Virus record (IMG/VR): IMGVR_UViG_3300033889_000554
Length of the DNA stretch: 64,000 bases
Origin: a virus
Strand: one strand, 5' to 3'
Made by a program: the position numbers and the translations under genes. This document shows, one piece after another, positions 1-9,405 of the stretch (positions are counted from its first letter, which is position 1; each line of letters begins with the position of its first letter). Under the pieces are notes generated by a model. That model was not told the origin of the DNA. It saw only the letters and a list, made by a program, of their open reading frames with translations, and ran no database searches.

Positions 1-286
1 TCCAGAGTGTGTCGTCGTCGATGCCGAGATAGCCATGAATGAGCCGGTTGCGGGTGGCGATGATCATTCGCCAGGGAATATCGGGATGGGCAGCACGGAC
101 TTCGTCCGGGATTCGGGTGGCAGCTTCACCGATCAGTTCCAAGTTGCGCAGGGTGGCATCATAGGTCAGCTCGCTTGCCACGAACCCGGCCTGGTCGAGA
201 CCGTTTGTATAGGTCAGCACCTTTCCGGCAAAATCAATCATATCGTCAAGGTAGAAACGCCATTCACGTTGGCTGGCATCAGACAT
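1..286 (-). CDS. HEPN (DUF86/HepT-like) ribonuclease toxin, runs off the window edge
   Basis: Not in the ORF track. Translated by hand from ATG at 286: MSDASQREWRFYLDDM...IPWRMIIATRNRLIHGYLGID, with the HEPN RxxxxH motif (RNRLIHGY). Overlaps the MNT stop. Confidence 0.9.
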   Translation of the reverse strand, partial: MSDASQREWRFYLDDMIDFAGKVLTYTNGLDQAGFVASELTYDATLRNLELIGEAATRIPDEVRAAHPDIPWRMIIATRNRLIHGYLGIDDDTLW

Positions 287-569
287 TGATCCTCTCCTGT
301 TCAATATAGGGGCGCAGCTCCGGGCGCAGGGCTCTTTCTGTGACCAGATCGACCGGGCAGCCGAAAAGGTCCTCCAAGTAGAACTGTACGCCGAAATAGC
401 GCTTAGAAGTGGCTGGTCCATCGAAGGCCACAAGGACATCGACATCGCTGCCACTGGTCGCCGTATCGCGGGCGGTCGATCCGAACAACGCCAGTCGGAT
501 CACGCCGAAACGGGACTGCAACTCGGGCTTGCTACGGCTAAGCAGTTCAAGAGCGCGCTGTCTGTTCAT
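279..569 (-). CDS. Minimal nucleotidyltransferase (MNT) antitoxin
   Basis: 96 aa with the LFGSTARD...SDVDVLV MNT motif, directly upstream of the HEPN gene. Confidence 0.92.
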   Translation of the reverse strand: MNRQRALELLSRSKPELQSRFGVIRLALFGSTARDTATSGSDVDVLVAFDGPATSKRYFGVQFYLEDLFGCPVDLVTERALRPELRPYIEQERINV

Positions 570-912
570 TATTCAACCTCCAAACGGTCGCTTTCATCTT
601 CTAAGCCGTTATGCACTTCGAATAAAGGGCGCACGCGGGCTTTCAAAAACAAAACAATATAACATCTGCTATGCGACGTGCAACTCAAAATTGAAGGAAT
701 TTCCGACAGGTTTTAATGCGATCCGGGATGTAAGCCCCAAGAAAGCAATCGCAAAAAAATTTCAATCGCCGGCTGATACTTTCCGGGACGATCAGGCCTT
801 TTATGCTGCGGTGGTGGCAGGTAAGCAAGAATGGAAACAAACAGATATCTCAACGAAAACAACCGACCAACTACATCAACGACCTGTTTGACGGCGCAAG
901 CTGATGATAAAT

Positions 913-956
913 AAAAAAATCCGTCCAGCAACCGGATGCAGTTAGTGGACGGGTTT
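913..956 (-). terminator. Intrinsic terminator just outside the left att site
   Basis: Near-perfect stem AAATCCGTCCA(917-927)/TGGACGGGTTT(946-956); the A-run at 913-919 gives a U-tract on the minus strand. Confidence 0.65.
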
Positions 957-961
957 GCTTT

Positions 962-977
962 TATGTCTTGGTGGAGG
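962..977 (-). repeat. att direct repeat copy 1 (tmRNA/tRNA-like 3' end fragment)
   Basis: TATGTCTTGGTGGAGG, identical to 29593-29608. The minus strand reads ...CGCCGCCTCCACCA-AGACATA, a CCA-ending acceptor-stem fragment typical of the ssrA 3' end. Confidence 0.85.
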
Positions 978-1045
978 CGGCGTCCATCTAATTATTAGCA
1001 CATGCAATAGTAATTACTATGCTTTTATATTTCACAGTTTTTAAC

Positions 1046-1067
1046 ATACCCCCAAATATACCCCCAA
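1046..1067. promoter_or_regulatory. Putative integrase arm-type sites, left end
   Basis: ATACCCCCAA twice (1046-1055, 1058-1067), ~70 bp inside the att repeat; related ATACCCG copies lie at the other end. Confidence 0.6.
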
Positions 1068-1144
1068 CGATTGAAAACCAGCTTGGATAATACAAGCCTT
1101 AGAGCCAGACAACCGCCGAGTCGTCCACTGCTTCCAATGGGTAG

Positions 1145-1267
1145 TTGGCTCCGAAGATCCCAGAGGACTGGTCCACATCATGACCCACTGGCTCGGCTGT
1201 CGGGGGGTCGAACGTCCCCCGGGTCCGGTGACAATGGTCATGCAGCAGTCAAAAGGATTGGAGTCAA
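1145..1267 (+). ncRNA. Candidate structured non-coding RNA (unassigned)
   Basis: Six nested helices, three containing G-U pairs that form only on the + strand (see findings). Confidence 0.35.
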
Positions 1268-1515
1268 GCCAGAACTGATATGCCTTAAGCGCAGCAGCGG
1301 GATTGTTAGTCCACTGTCTGTCAACATTCAGGCAAGCAGCAGCGCCATTTCAGATTCGTCCGTCGGCTACTCACCGACGGTATTTTGGTGCCGCCATCGG
1401 ACAGTTCCCACACACCCATCCGCGTAATTGTGACGAATTTCCTCCTGCGACTGGAACTCAATCAAGCTGCTAAGAGCATCTCCGGTACTGGCCAAGCAGG
1501 CCGCCCTGGGCATGA

Positions 1516-2643
1516 TCAACTTGCAAGGAACGCATCCAGAACCTGCAAAAGCTGCTTTCGGATCTCTTTTGCCGTTGCTGCAAGATCGACTGTGGCAAAT
1601 CTAATTTCATGGTTCTGGATCACAACGGCTTCGTTAACAATATCACCCACCGATGGGTGAAGGAGCAGTCCCGAAGCGTTCTCCGTGAGCGGATCGCGAT
1701 TGCCTTCCTGAGACCTCAAGTATGCGTAAATCTGATAGACATAACCGCTTCGCAATGTTTCTTCCCGATACCAGCCACGTGTCACCACGGAGTTGAACTT
1801 GGTGTCGATGACGATGCGGCGTCCCCCGTCCGTTTGGTCGAGAATGATGTCTGTTCGCATGGAGGGGAGAATTTTGTCTATACCCGTACTCTTGCTTTCA
1901 ATCGGCCAGTTGATCGTTTTGCCCGCGTTGACACGCCATCCTTTTTGCGAAAGCACAACATCGTAGAACCCCGCGATACCTTTCTCGTAAAGTTTCCTGA
2001 TCCAGGTGACTTCTCTATCCGGTAGCGACAAATGCTTCGCGCCTGCAGCTTCTGTAGGCAATGCAAGGTTGAAGGCTAGATGGGCCGCAGCAACCATTGG
2101 CTGGTCATCTACATCATGTCTGCCGAATCGGTCGATGGAGACCTCACCACGGCCTGGACGCTCTCCGGTTACACCCATACGCCTCAAGCTTGCCGCCAAC
2201 GATCTACATCGGTGAGCCAGTGCATCACGGCGAACTATTTTGGAAATTTCCTCCAAGGCCGCCCGGACAAAGCGGTTTCGGGCCGTATCGACAGTCAATT
2301 CGTCGAAGCGACAAGCTACCTTTCCCCGATCAAGTAACCGGTGACTTTCTGTGTTCAGTAGGTCGATGCGCCCACGCACACGACCAAGAACAGCCTCTCG
2401 CGATTGGTATCCATAACTCAAATTGCGTCGAATGCGGCGCTCGACATGATGGCAGAGCATTTCCGCCACCAGATCCGGAATGTCATCGGGGTTATCCTCT
2501 ACAGCGACCTTTGCCTTTTCGAGATCCCGGAAGAGACCCGATGCGTATAGCATAAGCAGCCAAAGGTTGCGCACCGGGATACGGCCGATCCGACCAATCC
2601 CTTCCCCTGTTTTTGATTTCAAGTTGGCTGCCACAAGAGTCAC
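1516..2643 (-). CDS. mcrC: McrC-family restriction nuclease subunit
   Basis: IPVRNLWLLMLYA start, MRTDIIL...IVIDTKF PD-(D/E)xK motif, YQIYAYL; directly after mcrB. Confidence 0.92.
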   Translation of the reverse strand: MTLVAANLKSKTGEGIGRIGRIPVRNLWLLMLYASGLFRDLEKAKVAVEDNPDDIPDLVAEMLCHHVERRIRRNLSYGYQSREAVLGRVRGRIDLLNTESHRLLDRGKVACRFDELTVDTARNRFVRAALEEISKIVRRDALAHRCRSLAASLRRMGVTGERPGRGEVSIDRFGRHDVDDQPMVAAAHLAFNLALPTEAAGAKHLSLPDREVTWIRKLYEKGIAGFYDVVLSQKGWRVNAGKTINWPIESKSTGIDKILPSMRTDIILDQTDGGRRIVIDTKFNSVVTRGWYREETLRSGYVYQIYAYLRSQEGNRDPLTENASGLLLHPSVGDIVNEAVVIQNHEIRFATVDLAATAKEIRKQLLQVLDAFLAS

Positions 2644-2645
2644 GG

Positions 2646-4853
2646 TCAGAATCCTTCAAGCAAGCGTTCCCTTGCCTTCTGGGACTTTTCAAGCGCATCG
2701 AACCAGTATTCATCGAGCAGTGGCCCGATCTCGGTATCAACGACTTGGCGGAACCATTCCCGGGCATCACTGATCGGAACCCCGAATGGAGGTGTGACAT
2801 AACTGTGTCCCACTCGGAACTGAGGCCCGAGACCAGTATCGGCCGAGATGTCGTTATTCAGTGCATTGAGACGCTTCTCGATCTCGACAAGGATTTCTGA
2901 ATCAATACCGCATTGGGTTTGAATCCAGTCGTGCCAAGGCTTACCGAATGTGGGCTCAAGATCGACGAAGGCAAAACGGCGGCGTAATGCCAGATCGACC
3001 AGTGCAAGGGATCGGTCGGCAATATTCATCGTGCCGATGACATACAGGTTGTCTGGGATAAAAATGCGCTCGCTATCCGACCGTTTGTAGGAAAGCTCCA
3101 AGGCTTCATTCGGTGTTCTCTTGTCCACCTCAAGCAGTGTTAGCATCTCGCCGAAAATCTGGGCAGGATTCCCACGATTGATCTCCTCGATAACGACAAC
3201 GTGCCTTGATGTGGGATCTTTCGCGGCTGCCTTCATCATCTCCATAAAAGGCCCGTCCACCAGCGTGAGCTTGCCTTCACCTACTGGCCGCCAGCCCCGA
3301 ATAAAATCCTCATAAGAAAGGTTCGGGTGAAACTGAACTGTTCGGACCTTGCTATCATCGCGTTGCCCCACCAAAGCAAAAGCCAAACGCTTTGCCAGCC
3401 AGGTTTTTCCTGTACCCGGCGGTCCCTGGAGGATCAGATTCTTCTTAGTTCGCAAACGTTCGAGAATCTTTTCGAGTTTTTCTCGGGTGATGAAACATCC
3501 AGCCGTAAGAATGTCATCAACAGAGTACGGTTCGATGGGTGCCGCCGTGACATCTACCTCGGACGTTGCCTCCGCTTCGTCATCCTGTGAATCAGCGTCT
3601 TTGGCATTCGGATGAGCGAATGTCCCACCGTCCCTAAAAAGCCAGGCGGCAAGGGACAGTTCAGGAAATGAGTGGACTGGATAAGCATCCTCTTGGAAGC
3701 GAGCTTCGAGGGTATCCAGAACCGTCAGATAATCACTTGCATTACAGCGCCCCTTGGGCCCGTTCATGCCAATCTGAATATTGAGTTTCTTACTGATGTA
3801 ACTCTGGGACTGTCCATCAAGTGTCGGGAAATTCCAAGGGCGAATCCAGTAAAGCCCCATGGTAAGGTTCCATCCCACACCATAGCGCTGCATTGCATTG
3901 TCGTAGGCAGCGACAAATGCCGACCGTGCATCAGCATCATCCGATTCCGCAAAAGCAATTGCCTGGGCGAAGGCTTCCCAGAGTGCGTCAATGTCATCTG
4001 GTTGGCGTCTGTTGTCGAAACCGAAAAACCATGACTTCTGAGGGGTGAGAATCGGAATCCCCTCAAAGGAGTCAGGAACAGGTTCGGATACACCAAGTAG
4101 ATTGGCCAGTTCGCTCGCAATGGCTTTTCGATTGGCATAGGTGTTCTTCCGGTTGAATATGCCCATTGCCGTAAACGGGCAGATGTCCTTCAAGGGGCCA
4201 GATGAGCCATCCCCAAATTGATCCTGCGGGTTGGAAAGGCCGTCAACCTTGGAAGCGATAGCGTGAATTCCGGAAATCAGCTCGTCACGCCGGTTTCTAA
4301 AGGTGAGAAGTTTGTCGGCCATCGCCTCATAAAAACGGGTCCAGTTGAAGCGGCGCTTATCGACGGCTGCATCGCCAAAACGCTCACGCCAGTACGGGGC
4401 GTTGCGGAACCGGTTGATGTCTTGCGTCTTTTCCTCAAACGTAAATCCGATCAAGGCATCAGTGGTCCAGTCGCCTGGTAAGACGCGCCAGACGGTGCTT
4501 CGATTGGTATAGAAATACCATTCACGCGGTGGATCGAACGGTTTCCAGTCAGCCTTCAAGGTACGTCCATCGCCGAGATTCTTTTTTACTGTTCCAATGG
4601 CTTTGATCGCCATGACTGAAACAGTTTGACCTCGGTTATCAAAGGGGAGATCGTGCTTCCGTGTATAGGACGACTTGATCGCAATACGGTCCCCAACCTG
4701 GATGGACTTCACTGCGTCGAGATATTTGTCCTGATACCCATTCTCCCAAATGCCTTCCTGCAGAAAACGGGGTGTTTGATCATCTGTTCCACCGTATGCA
4801 GCCCCCACAAACCAGCAGGCCCGGGCTCCAGCTCCTTCAGGTTTAGAATTCAT
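2646..4853 (-). CDS. mcrB: McrB-family AAA+ GTPase with extended N-terminal region
   Basis: GPPGTGKT, FHPNLSYEDF, IEEINRGN and MNIADRS signature motifs. Confidence 0.92.
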   Translation of the reverse strand: MNSKPEGAGARACWFVGAAYGGTDDQTPRFLQEGIWENGYQDKYLDAVKSIQVGDRIAIKSSYTRKHDLPFDNRGQTVSVMAIKAIGTVKKNLGDGRTLKADWKPFDPPREWYFYTNRSTVWRVLPGDWTTDALIGFTFEEKTQDINRFRNAPYWRERFGDAAVDKRRFNWTRFYEAMADKLLTFRNRRDELISGIHAIASKVDGLSNPQDQFGDGSSGPLKDICPFTAMGIFNRKNTYANRKAIASELANLLGVSEPVPDSFEGIPILTPQKSWFFGFDNRRQPDDIDALWEAFAQAIAFAESDDADARSAFVAAYDNAMQRYGVGWNLTMGLYWIRPWNFPTLDGQSQSYISKKLNIQIGMNGPKGRCNASDYLTVLDTLEARFQEDAYPVHSFPELSLAAWLFRDGGTFAHPNAKDADSQDDEAEATSEVDVTAAPIEPYSVDDILTAGCFITREKLEKILERLRTKKNLILQGPPGTGKTWLAKRLAFALVGQRDDSKVRTVQFHPNLSYEDFIRGWRPVGEGKLTLVDGPFMEMMKAAAKDPTSRHVVVIEEINRGNPAQIFGEMLTLLEVDKRTPNEALELSYKRSDSERIFIPDNLYVIGTMNIADRSLALVDLALRRRFAFVDLEPTFGKPWHDWIQTQCGIDSEILVEIEKRLNALNNDISADTGLGPQFRVGHSYVTPPFGVPISDAREWFRQVVDTEIGPLLDEYWFDALEKSQKARERLLEGF

Positions 4854-4868
4854 AATCTGCTCTCTCCA

Positions 4869-4976
4869 TTATTTTTCTTCCCCGGCTACCACTACCACCT
4901 CATCGATCTTGAACAGATCGGGCATTGAGCGATGAACCAAATCCGTGTTCAATTCGGTGATCTCCTTGTAGTGCAT
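4869..4976 (-). CDS. Possible 35-aa ORF or relic of a deleted gene
   Basis: MHYKEITELNTDLVHRSMPDLFKIDEVVVVAGEEK* fills most of the brxL-mcrB gap. Confidence 0.3.
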   Translation of the reverse strand: MHYKEITELNTDLVHRSMPDLFKIDEVVVVAGEEK

Positions 4977-4983
4977 AGTTACA

Positions 4984-7029
4984 TCACTCCACCATTGCCT
5001 TCAGAAGGGCATCTCTGGCATCGGAATAAAATTGAATATCGATTTTAGTCGCCATGTCATCCGATAAATCAAAAAGTTGCCGACGGCAGGCGACCGGCAT
5101 CAAGAGCGCTGTCGCACCTTTCTCAACTGCAATTTCGGCAATCGTGACAGGGTTGTGAATGGGCTCAATGGAACCACCCAGATTAATCTCTCCTACGATG
5201 ATGAGGCCGCCGCGTACGCTTTTCTTTAATAGAGCAGTACAGAGCGCAGCGAGTGATGCCATGCCTAGTTTCGCGCCGGATTTCGAAGCGTCGAAGGCTC
5301 GGAGTTGTGCGGTGAATTCATGGTGTCGAGGGTCTTTGTCGCCGACCAGTTGCATGGACCTGGCGTAAAGGTTTTGCTCGGCGTATCCCATACTTTCCTT
5401 GAATGCTGGTGGAACCGGTTTATTGAGAATCTTGACACCGGAGCCCGGCCCCTCATTTACCTCGATTCGATAGAGTCCAGGGTTTTCTTCTCCACCACCC
5501 GGTGAAATGGTCCAGACCTGACCAGATTCAAGGGGATCGCTACCAATACTGTTTTCGCTTTGCAGTTCTGGTGTCGACACAAATTTTTCGACACCATCAG
5601 CGCCCATAACATAGCTAAAGTGGGTATTGCGGAATTCGGCTGCACCGATGCGTTTCTGCTGTTCTTTAACGCGACGTCTTGCCTCCATGGCTATATGGAC
5701 GGCCCACTCGATGTCCTCATCGCCCACCTCACTCTCGCCAGGATAGAGGAGTTTGAGCAGACCGCTCACGGTTTTATTGACCGCGTTCGTATCGCGTCCG
5801 GAAAGAGCACCTCCGAAAAATACCCGGTTTTGAAGCAAAGTAAGCCGGTTTTGATTGCGGAGTTGACTCCAACACTCGGACAAGAAATCGCTCACAAGTC
5901 CGAAGTGATTCGTCAAAAGCTCTTTACTGATCTTGGGCACATCCCATCCTGGCAGAAACGCATGGATACGATCCATAAATGCAGTGTCGTCTTTCATCTC
6001 CGGAGGCATGGGGCCGAACAAGTGCCCGATGCGCTGCTGATGCTCAACATCCACTTCGAAATTGCCGACCAGAACGATGCTGCCGTCGGCGCGGATGCTC
6101 TCCTTTCCACGACTGAATTCACCGGATTCCATATATCCCTTCATGATGTTCACGCCATCCTTCTGGTCGAAGGTAATACCGGACACCTCATCGAAGCAAA
6201 CCACATCGTATTGGCAGACCAATCCACGCTGGCCGGTTGAGTTATTGACGAACATCCTGGCAACCGTTGCCTTGCCTCCAGAGATCAAGTGCGCATAAGG
6301 AGAAACCTGCTGAAAAAGATGGCTCTTGCCCGTTCCTCTGGGACCGAGTTCCACCAGGTTGTAGTTACGCTCAACAAAGGGAACCATTCGCAGTATCAAG
6401 GCATCACGTTGCCGCTGAGATAATTTTTCCGGTTCCATGCCGATGGAGCGGAGCAGGAATTCCTTCCACTCGTCAGTGGTGAAAGCCTTGCGGGCCTCGG
6501 CTAATATATCAAGTACATCCCGTTTGGATAACTGAATTTCCCGCAGGGATCCAACACCGAAGGGCCTTCCTCTACTCTCCTGGGCGATAGCTGCATCGTA
6601 GTTCAGGCTGATTTCGGCATAAAAGCCACCTGTCAGCATCCGCTCGTGCTCATTGACCAGTTCGGGGCTAATCCGGACGTCGGTCAGTCGCAAACTCGGC
6701 AGTGTTGCGATATAGGAATCTGTCTTGGCATCCAGGCGGGCGGTAATAAGATCAATGATTTTAACCTCGCCGTTTTCCCTGGCCCTGGCCTTGAAAAGCT
6801 CTTCTTCCCCGGCCTTGACAGTTCGTGACTTGAGCTGCCTCTGAACGATTTCGAGGCCCTCATCGATCTCATCTTGATCGGTGCTGGCACAGTACCGGCC
6901 GAGCATAAACTCGACTACATAGGTTGGCACCGGAAACTGGCGGCTAAACGTCCGAACCAGATCCTTCCGGACCAGGTATCCTTCTAGTGAAGAGGCCGCC
7001 TTTTTGTCGATCTGGTCCATTTCAATCAT
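4984..7029 (-). CDS. brxL: BREX Lon-like AAA+ protein BrxL
   Basis: YVVEFMLGRYC, ELGPRGTGKSH, VVCFDEV, KGYMESGEFSRG, C-terminal Lon-like domain; follows pglZ. Confidence 0.93.
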   Translation of the reverse strand: MIEMDQIDKKAASSLEGYLVRKDLVRTFSRQFPVPTYVVEFMLGRYCASTDQDEIDEGLEIVQRQLKSRTVKAGEEELFKARARENGEVKIIDLITARLDAKTDSYIATLPSLRLTDVRISPELVNEHERMLTGGFYAEISLNYDAAIAQESRGRPFGVGSLREIQLSKRDVLDILAEARKAFTTDEWKEFLLRSIGMEPEKLSQRQRDALILRMVPFVERNYNLVELGPRGTGKSHLFQQVSPYAHLISGGKATVARMFVNNSTGQRGLVCQYDVVCFDEVSGITFDQKDGVNIMKGYMESGEFSRGKESIRADGSIVLVGNFEVDVEHQQRIGHLFGPMPPEMKDDTAFMDRIHAFLPGWDVPKISKELLTNHFGLVSDFLSECWSQLRNQNRLTLLQNRVFFGGALSGRDTNAVNKTVSGLLKLLYPGESEVGDEDIEWAVHIAMEARRRVKEQQKRIGAAEFRNTHFSYVMGADGVEKFVSTPELQSENSIGSDPLESGQVWTISPGGGEENPGLYRIEVNEGPGSGVKILNKPVPPAFKESMGYAEQNLYARSMQLVGDKDPRHHEFTAQLRAFDASKSGAKLGMASLAALCTALLKKSVRGGLIIVGEINLGGSIEPIHNPVTIAEIAVEKGATALLMPVACRRQLFDLSDDMATKIDIQFYSDARDALLKAMVE

Positions 7030-9380
7030 GTATTACCTCCACCTATTACTGTAGCGATTTGCGCGACCAGTGATCCATCAGCATCGATAAGGACCACCGT
7101 AGCTTCTCGCCCCTCCATGTCCTCGTCTTCGACAACCACGGAGGCTGTTCCGTTGTCTTTAAGCGGCTTGACGCCAACGACCACACTGGACAATGAATTA
7201 CCGGCTTGGCTGCGAACATCAAGCGATAATCCCGAGGAGTTGCCATCCACGGCGACAGTGCAGCGCAACCCCTTCCACACTACGTCTGTAAATTCGACGG
7301 ATGCCGCCGCCTGAGCGGATACGCCACGTGTTACCGTCAATTGCAGTGTCAGGCACTCTTGTAGGCTTAGCCCACCATGGCTGTATTCTTCGCCTTTCTT
7401 AAAACAGCTTACTCCATCAGCAAGGGCGAAATAATGGTTCGAATTCCAGTACCAGGGATAAAGCCGTTCCTCGGTAAAGGCCCCCGGCTTCAAAGAAGCA
7501 CAGCGTCCCCATTTGTTGTCTGCTAAGGCGCTGGAAAGATCGATTTTTGGCAAGCCGCCGGACAGCAACAGCCAACCATGGTCTGTAACAACCCGAACAC
7601 GCTTCCATCCTGCTGCCAATAATTCCGTGATACGATCTCTGATTTCCAGAATAAGAGCATCGATATGCTTGGCAAGTTTCCAACCACGGTCATGACCTTC
7701 ATGGTCGATGTCTCCAAATTCACACCAAGCCATGCCCTGGCCATCGCCATCAGCAGATCGTTCAAGGATGGACCATCCAGCATCGGTCAGAAGCTTTTTT
7801 AGTTGATAACCACCTTTTAATGATTGACCGGTGTCTGCCACAGAGGGCTCGAAATCAGGGCTCCCATCCTCGCCCCGGATCTTGTCTCTAACCGGGGTTA
7901 GAGCCGCTTTTCCGGTCGCGGTCACGCTGGGCAAGGCTGTCCATGTCGGCTCTTCGGAGATCTCAAACCCACATGCCTCCAAAGATTCAACCAAACGCTT
8001 TCCAACATCGAAACGAAGGCCGTCGATGAACAGAACGCAGTCACCGGCGTCGAACTGTGTTGCCTTTGCTGTGAGGCAAGTGCCTCCCGGATAAGATGTG
8101 CCATCAACCAGCTTCTGGAGATACCGGGCTGATTCTTCCACCCACGGCAGGTAAACGGATCGGATAGCGGTTGTAACTGCTTCAAAGTCAGCAGAACTAT
8201 CGACCTCGGCCAACGCCCGAACCACTCCGTCATCGACCCGCCATCCGTGACTACGATATCCCGCTGCGAGATCTTCTACTGAACCCATAGCAAGGCTGGT
8301 TTTTGTGATTTCGGCAATGGTAGCCAGGTGCTCCAATGCGCAAGCCAAGGAGGCACCACCTAATTCGGCCCATACCAAAGAGCGTCTGCGGCTGTGCTGT
8401 TTTTCAAAATCCTTTATCTTCAATCTGGCTTCATGAGCAGGAGCTTGGGCAAGAGACATCAGATTCCTCTGAAGGTCTTTTTCCTGGTCTTCATTCCATT
8501 GCGGCCAGCCGTCGAAAGACCCATCATCCATATGCCAGAAGATGGTGTCGCTCGGCGGGCGACACTTTCTGATTTGCGACGGGATATTAGGATACCGTTT
8601 GGGAGCCTCGCAGTAACGCTCCCAAACCGCATGCCATGGACCTTCGTGGTTTGCGAGTTTGGTGCTCCCCGCCAAGACGCCTTCGTTCTGGGGATTGAAG
8701 GCCAGTTGGGATTTGCAGACCTCAACAAAGGCTTTCCATTCGTTTTCGCCTCGACTCGCTTGAAATGCATCCCCCTGGTCGAGCCACCGCAGCAAATCGC
8801 GAATTGGATCACCACCTGTCAACAAAGTATTGAAGTAATCTTTGTCGAGGCGCTTGCCTTTCAGTAAGGCGACATCCTCGTCGAGGAGCCGATACAGTGC
8901 AAGGTGCATGGCGTTCTTAGCGTCGTTGTCCTGCGCCACATCCAGCCCAAGCCCGCCTTGATCTGACTTCAGATAGGCCAAGATCGTCCAGTCTTTCGCA
9001 TTGATTTGCGACCAGATCACGCCCCGGTATTGAAGTTCAGCGAGTGGCTTTAAGTGATCCGGGCAACTTTCGATGGCACGCAGATCCTGTCGGCTGACAC
9101 CAGGCAGGTAAAAAATCGGCGTCCGGTCCTTGGGCAGTAAAACATCCTCAGCACAACCGGCGATCACACAGCGCAGCCAGATGGCCGGCCCCATGCGCTT
9201 ATCGGGTGCATAGTTTCCCAAGATCATGAGTTCAGGCAGCTCGGCCTGAAGAACTGGAATGACGGCCTCCCACTGACGATCACGGTCCGGCCACAAAATG
9301 CAGGCCGGAGCCACTTGGATATCAGGATTGAAAACAGCGGCATCACGAACGGCTTTCAGGAGATGATCAAGCACTCTCAT
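7026..9380 (-). CDS. pglZ: BREX alkaline-phosphatase-family protein PglZ (type B-like)
   Basis: FIDGLRFD, ALPSVTATGK, VTDHGW, HGGLSLQE motifs. Confidence 0.92.
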   Translation of the reverse strand: MRVLDHLLKAVRDAAVFNPDIQVAPACILWPDRDRQWEAVIPVLQAELPELMILGNYAPDKRMGPAIWLRCVIAGCAEDVLLPKDRTPIFYLPGVSRQDLRAIESCPDHLKPLAELQYRGVIWSQINAKDWTILAYLKSDQGGLGLDVAQDNDAKNAMHLALYRLLDEDVALLKGKRLDKDYFNTLLTGGDPIRDLLRWLDQGDAFQASRGENEWKAFVEVCKSQLAFNPQNEGVLAGSTKLANHEGPWHAVWERYCEAPKRYPNIPSQIRKCRPPSDTIFWHMDDGSFDGWPQWNEDQEKDLQRNLMSLAQAPAHEARLKIKDFEKQHSRRRSLVWAELGGASLACALEHLATIAEITKTSLAMGSVEDLAAGYRSHGWRVDDGVVRALAEVDSSADFEAVTTAIRSVYLPWVEESARYLQKLVDGTSYPGGTCLTAKATQFDAGDCVLFIDGLRFDVGKRLVESLEACGFEISEEPTWTALPSVTATGKAALTPVRDKIRGEDGSPDFEPSVADTGQSLKGGYQLKKLLTDAGWSILERSADGDGQGMAWCEFGDIDHEGHDRGWKLAKHIDALILEIRDRITELLAAGWKRVRVVTDHGWLLLSGGLPKIDLSSALADNKWGRCASLKPGAFTEERLYPWYWNSNHYFALADGVSCFKKGEEYSHGGLSLQECLTLQLTVTRGVSAQAAASVEFTDVVWKGLRCTVAVDGNSSGLSLDVRSQAGNSLSSVVVGVKPLKDNGTASVVVEDEDMEGREATVVLIDADGSLVAQIATVIGGGNT

Positions 9381-9405
9381 GCGTCATGCCCTCGTCGTAA
9401 TCTGG

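Noticed and set aside
409..931. ORFs 409-891 (+) and 713-931 (-)
   Set aside because: They overlap the MNT gene or the terminator and have no recognisable content; at most gene debris.
962..982. tRNA or tmRNA gene
   Set aside because: Only the last ~14 nt are present, with no T-arm; the same holds at 29593.
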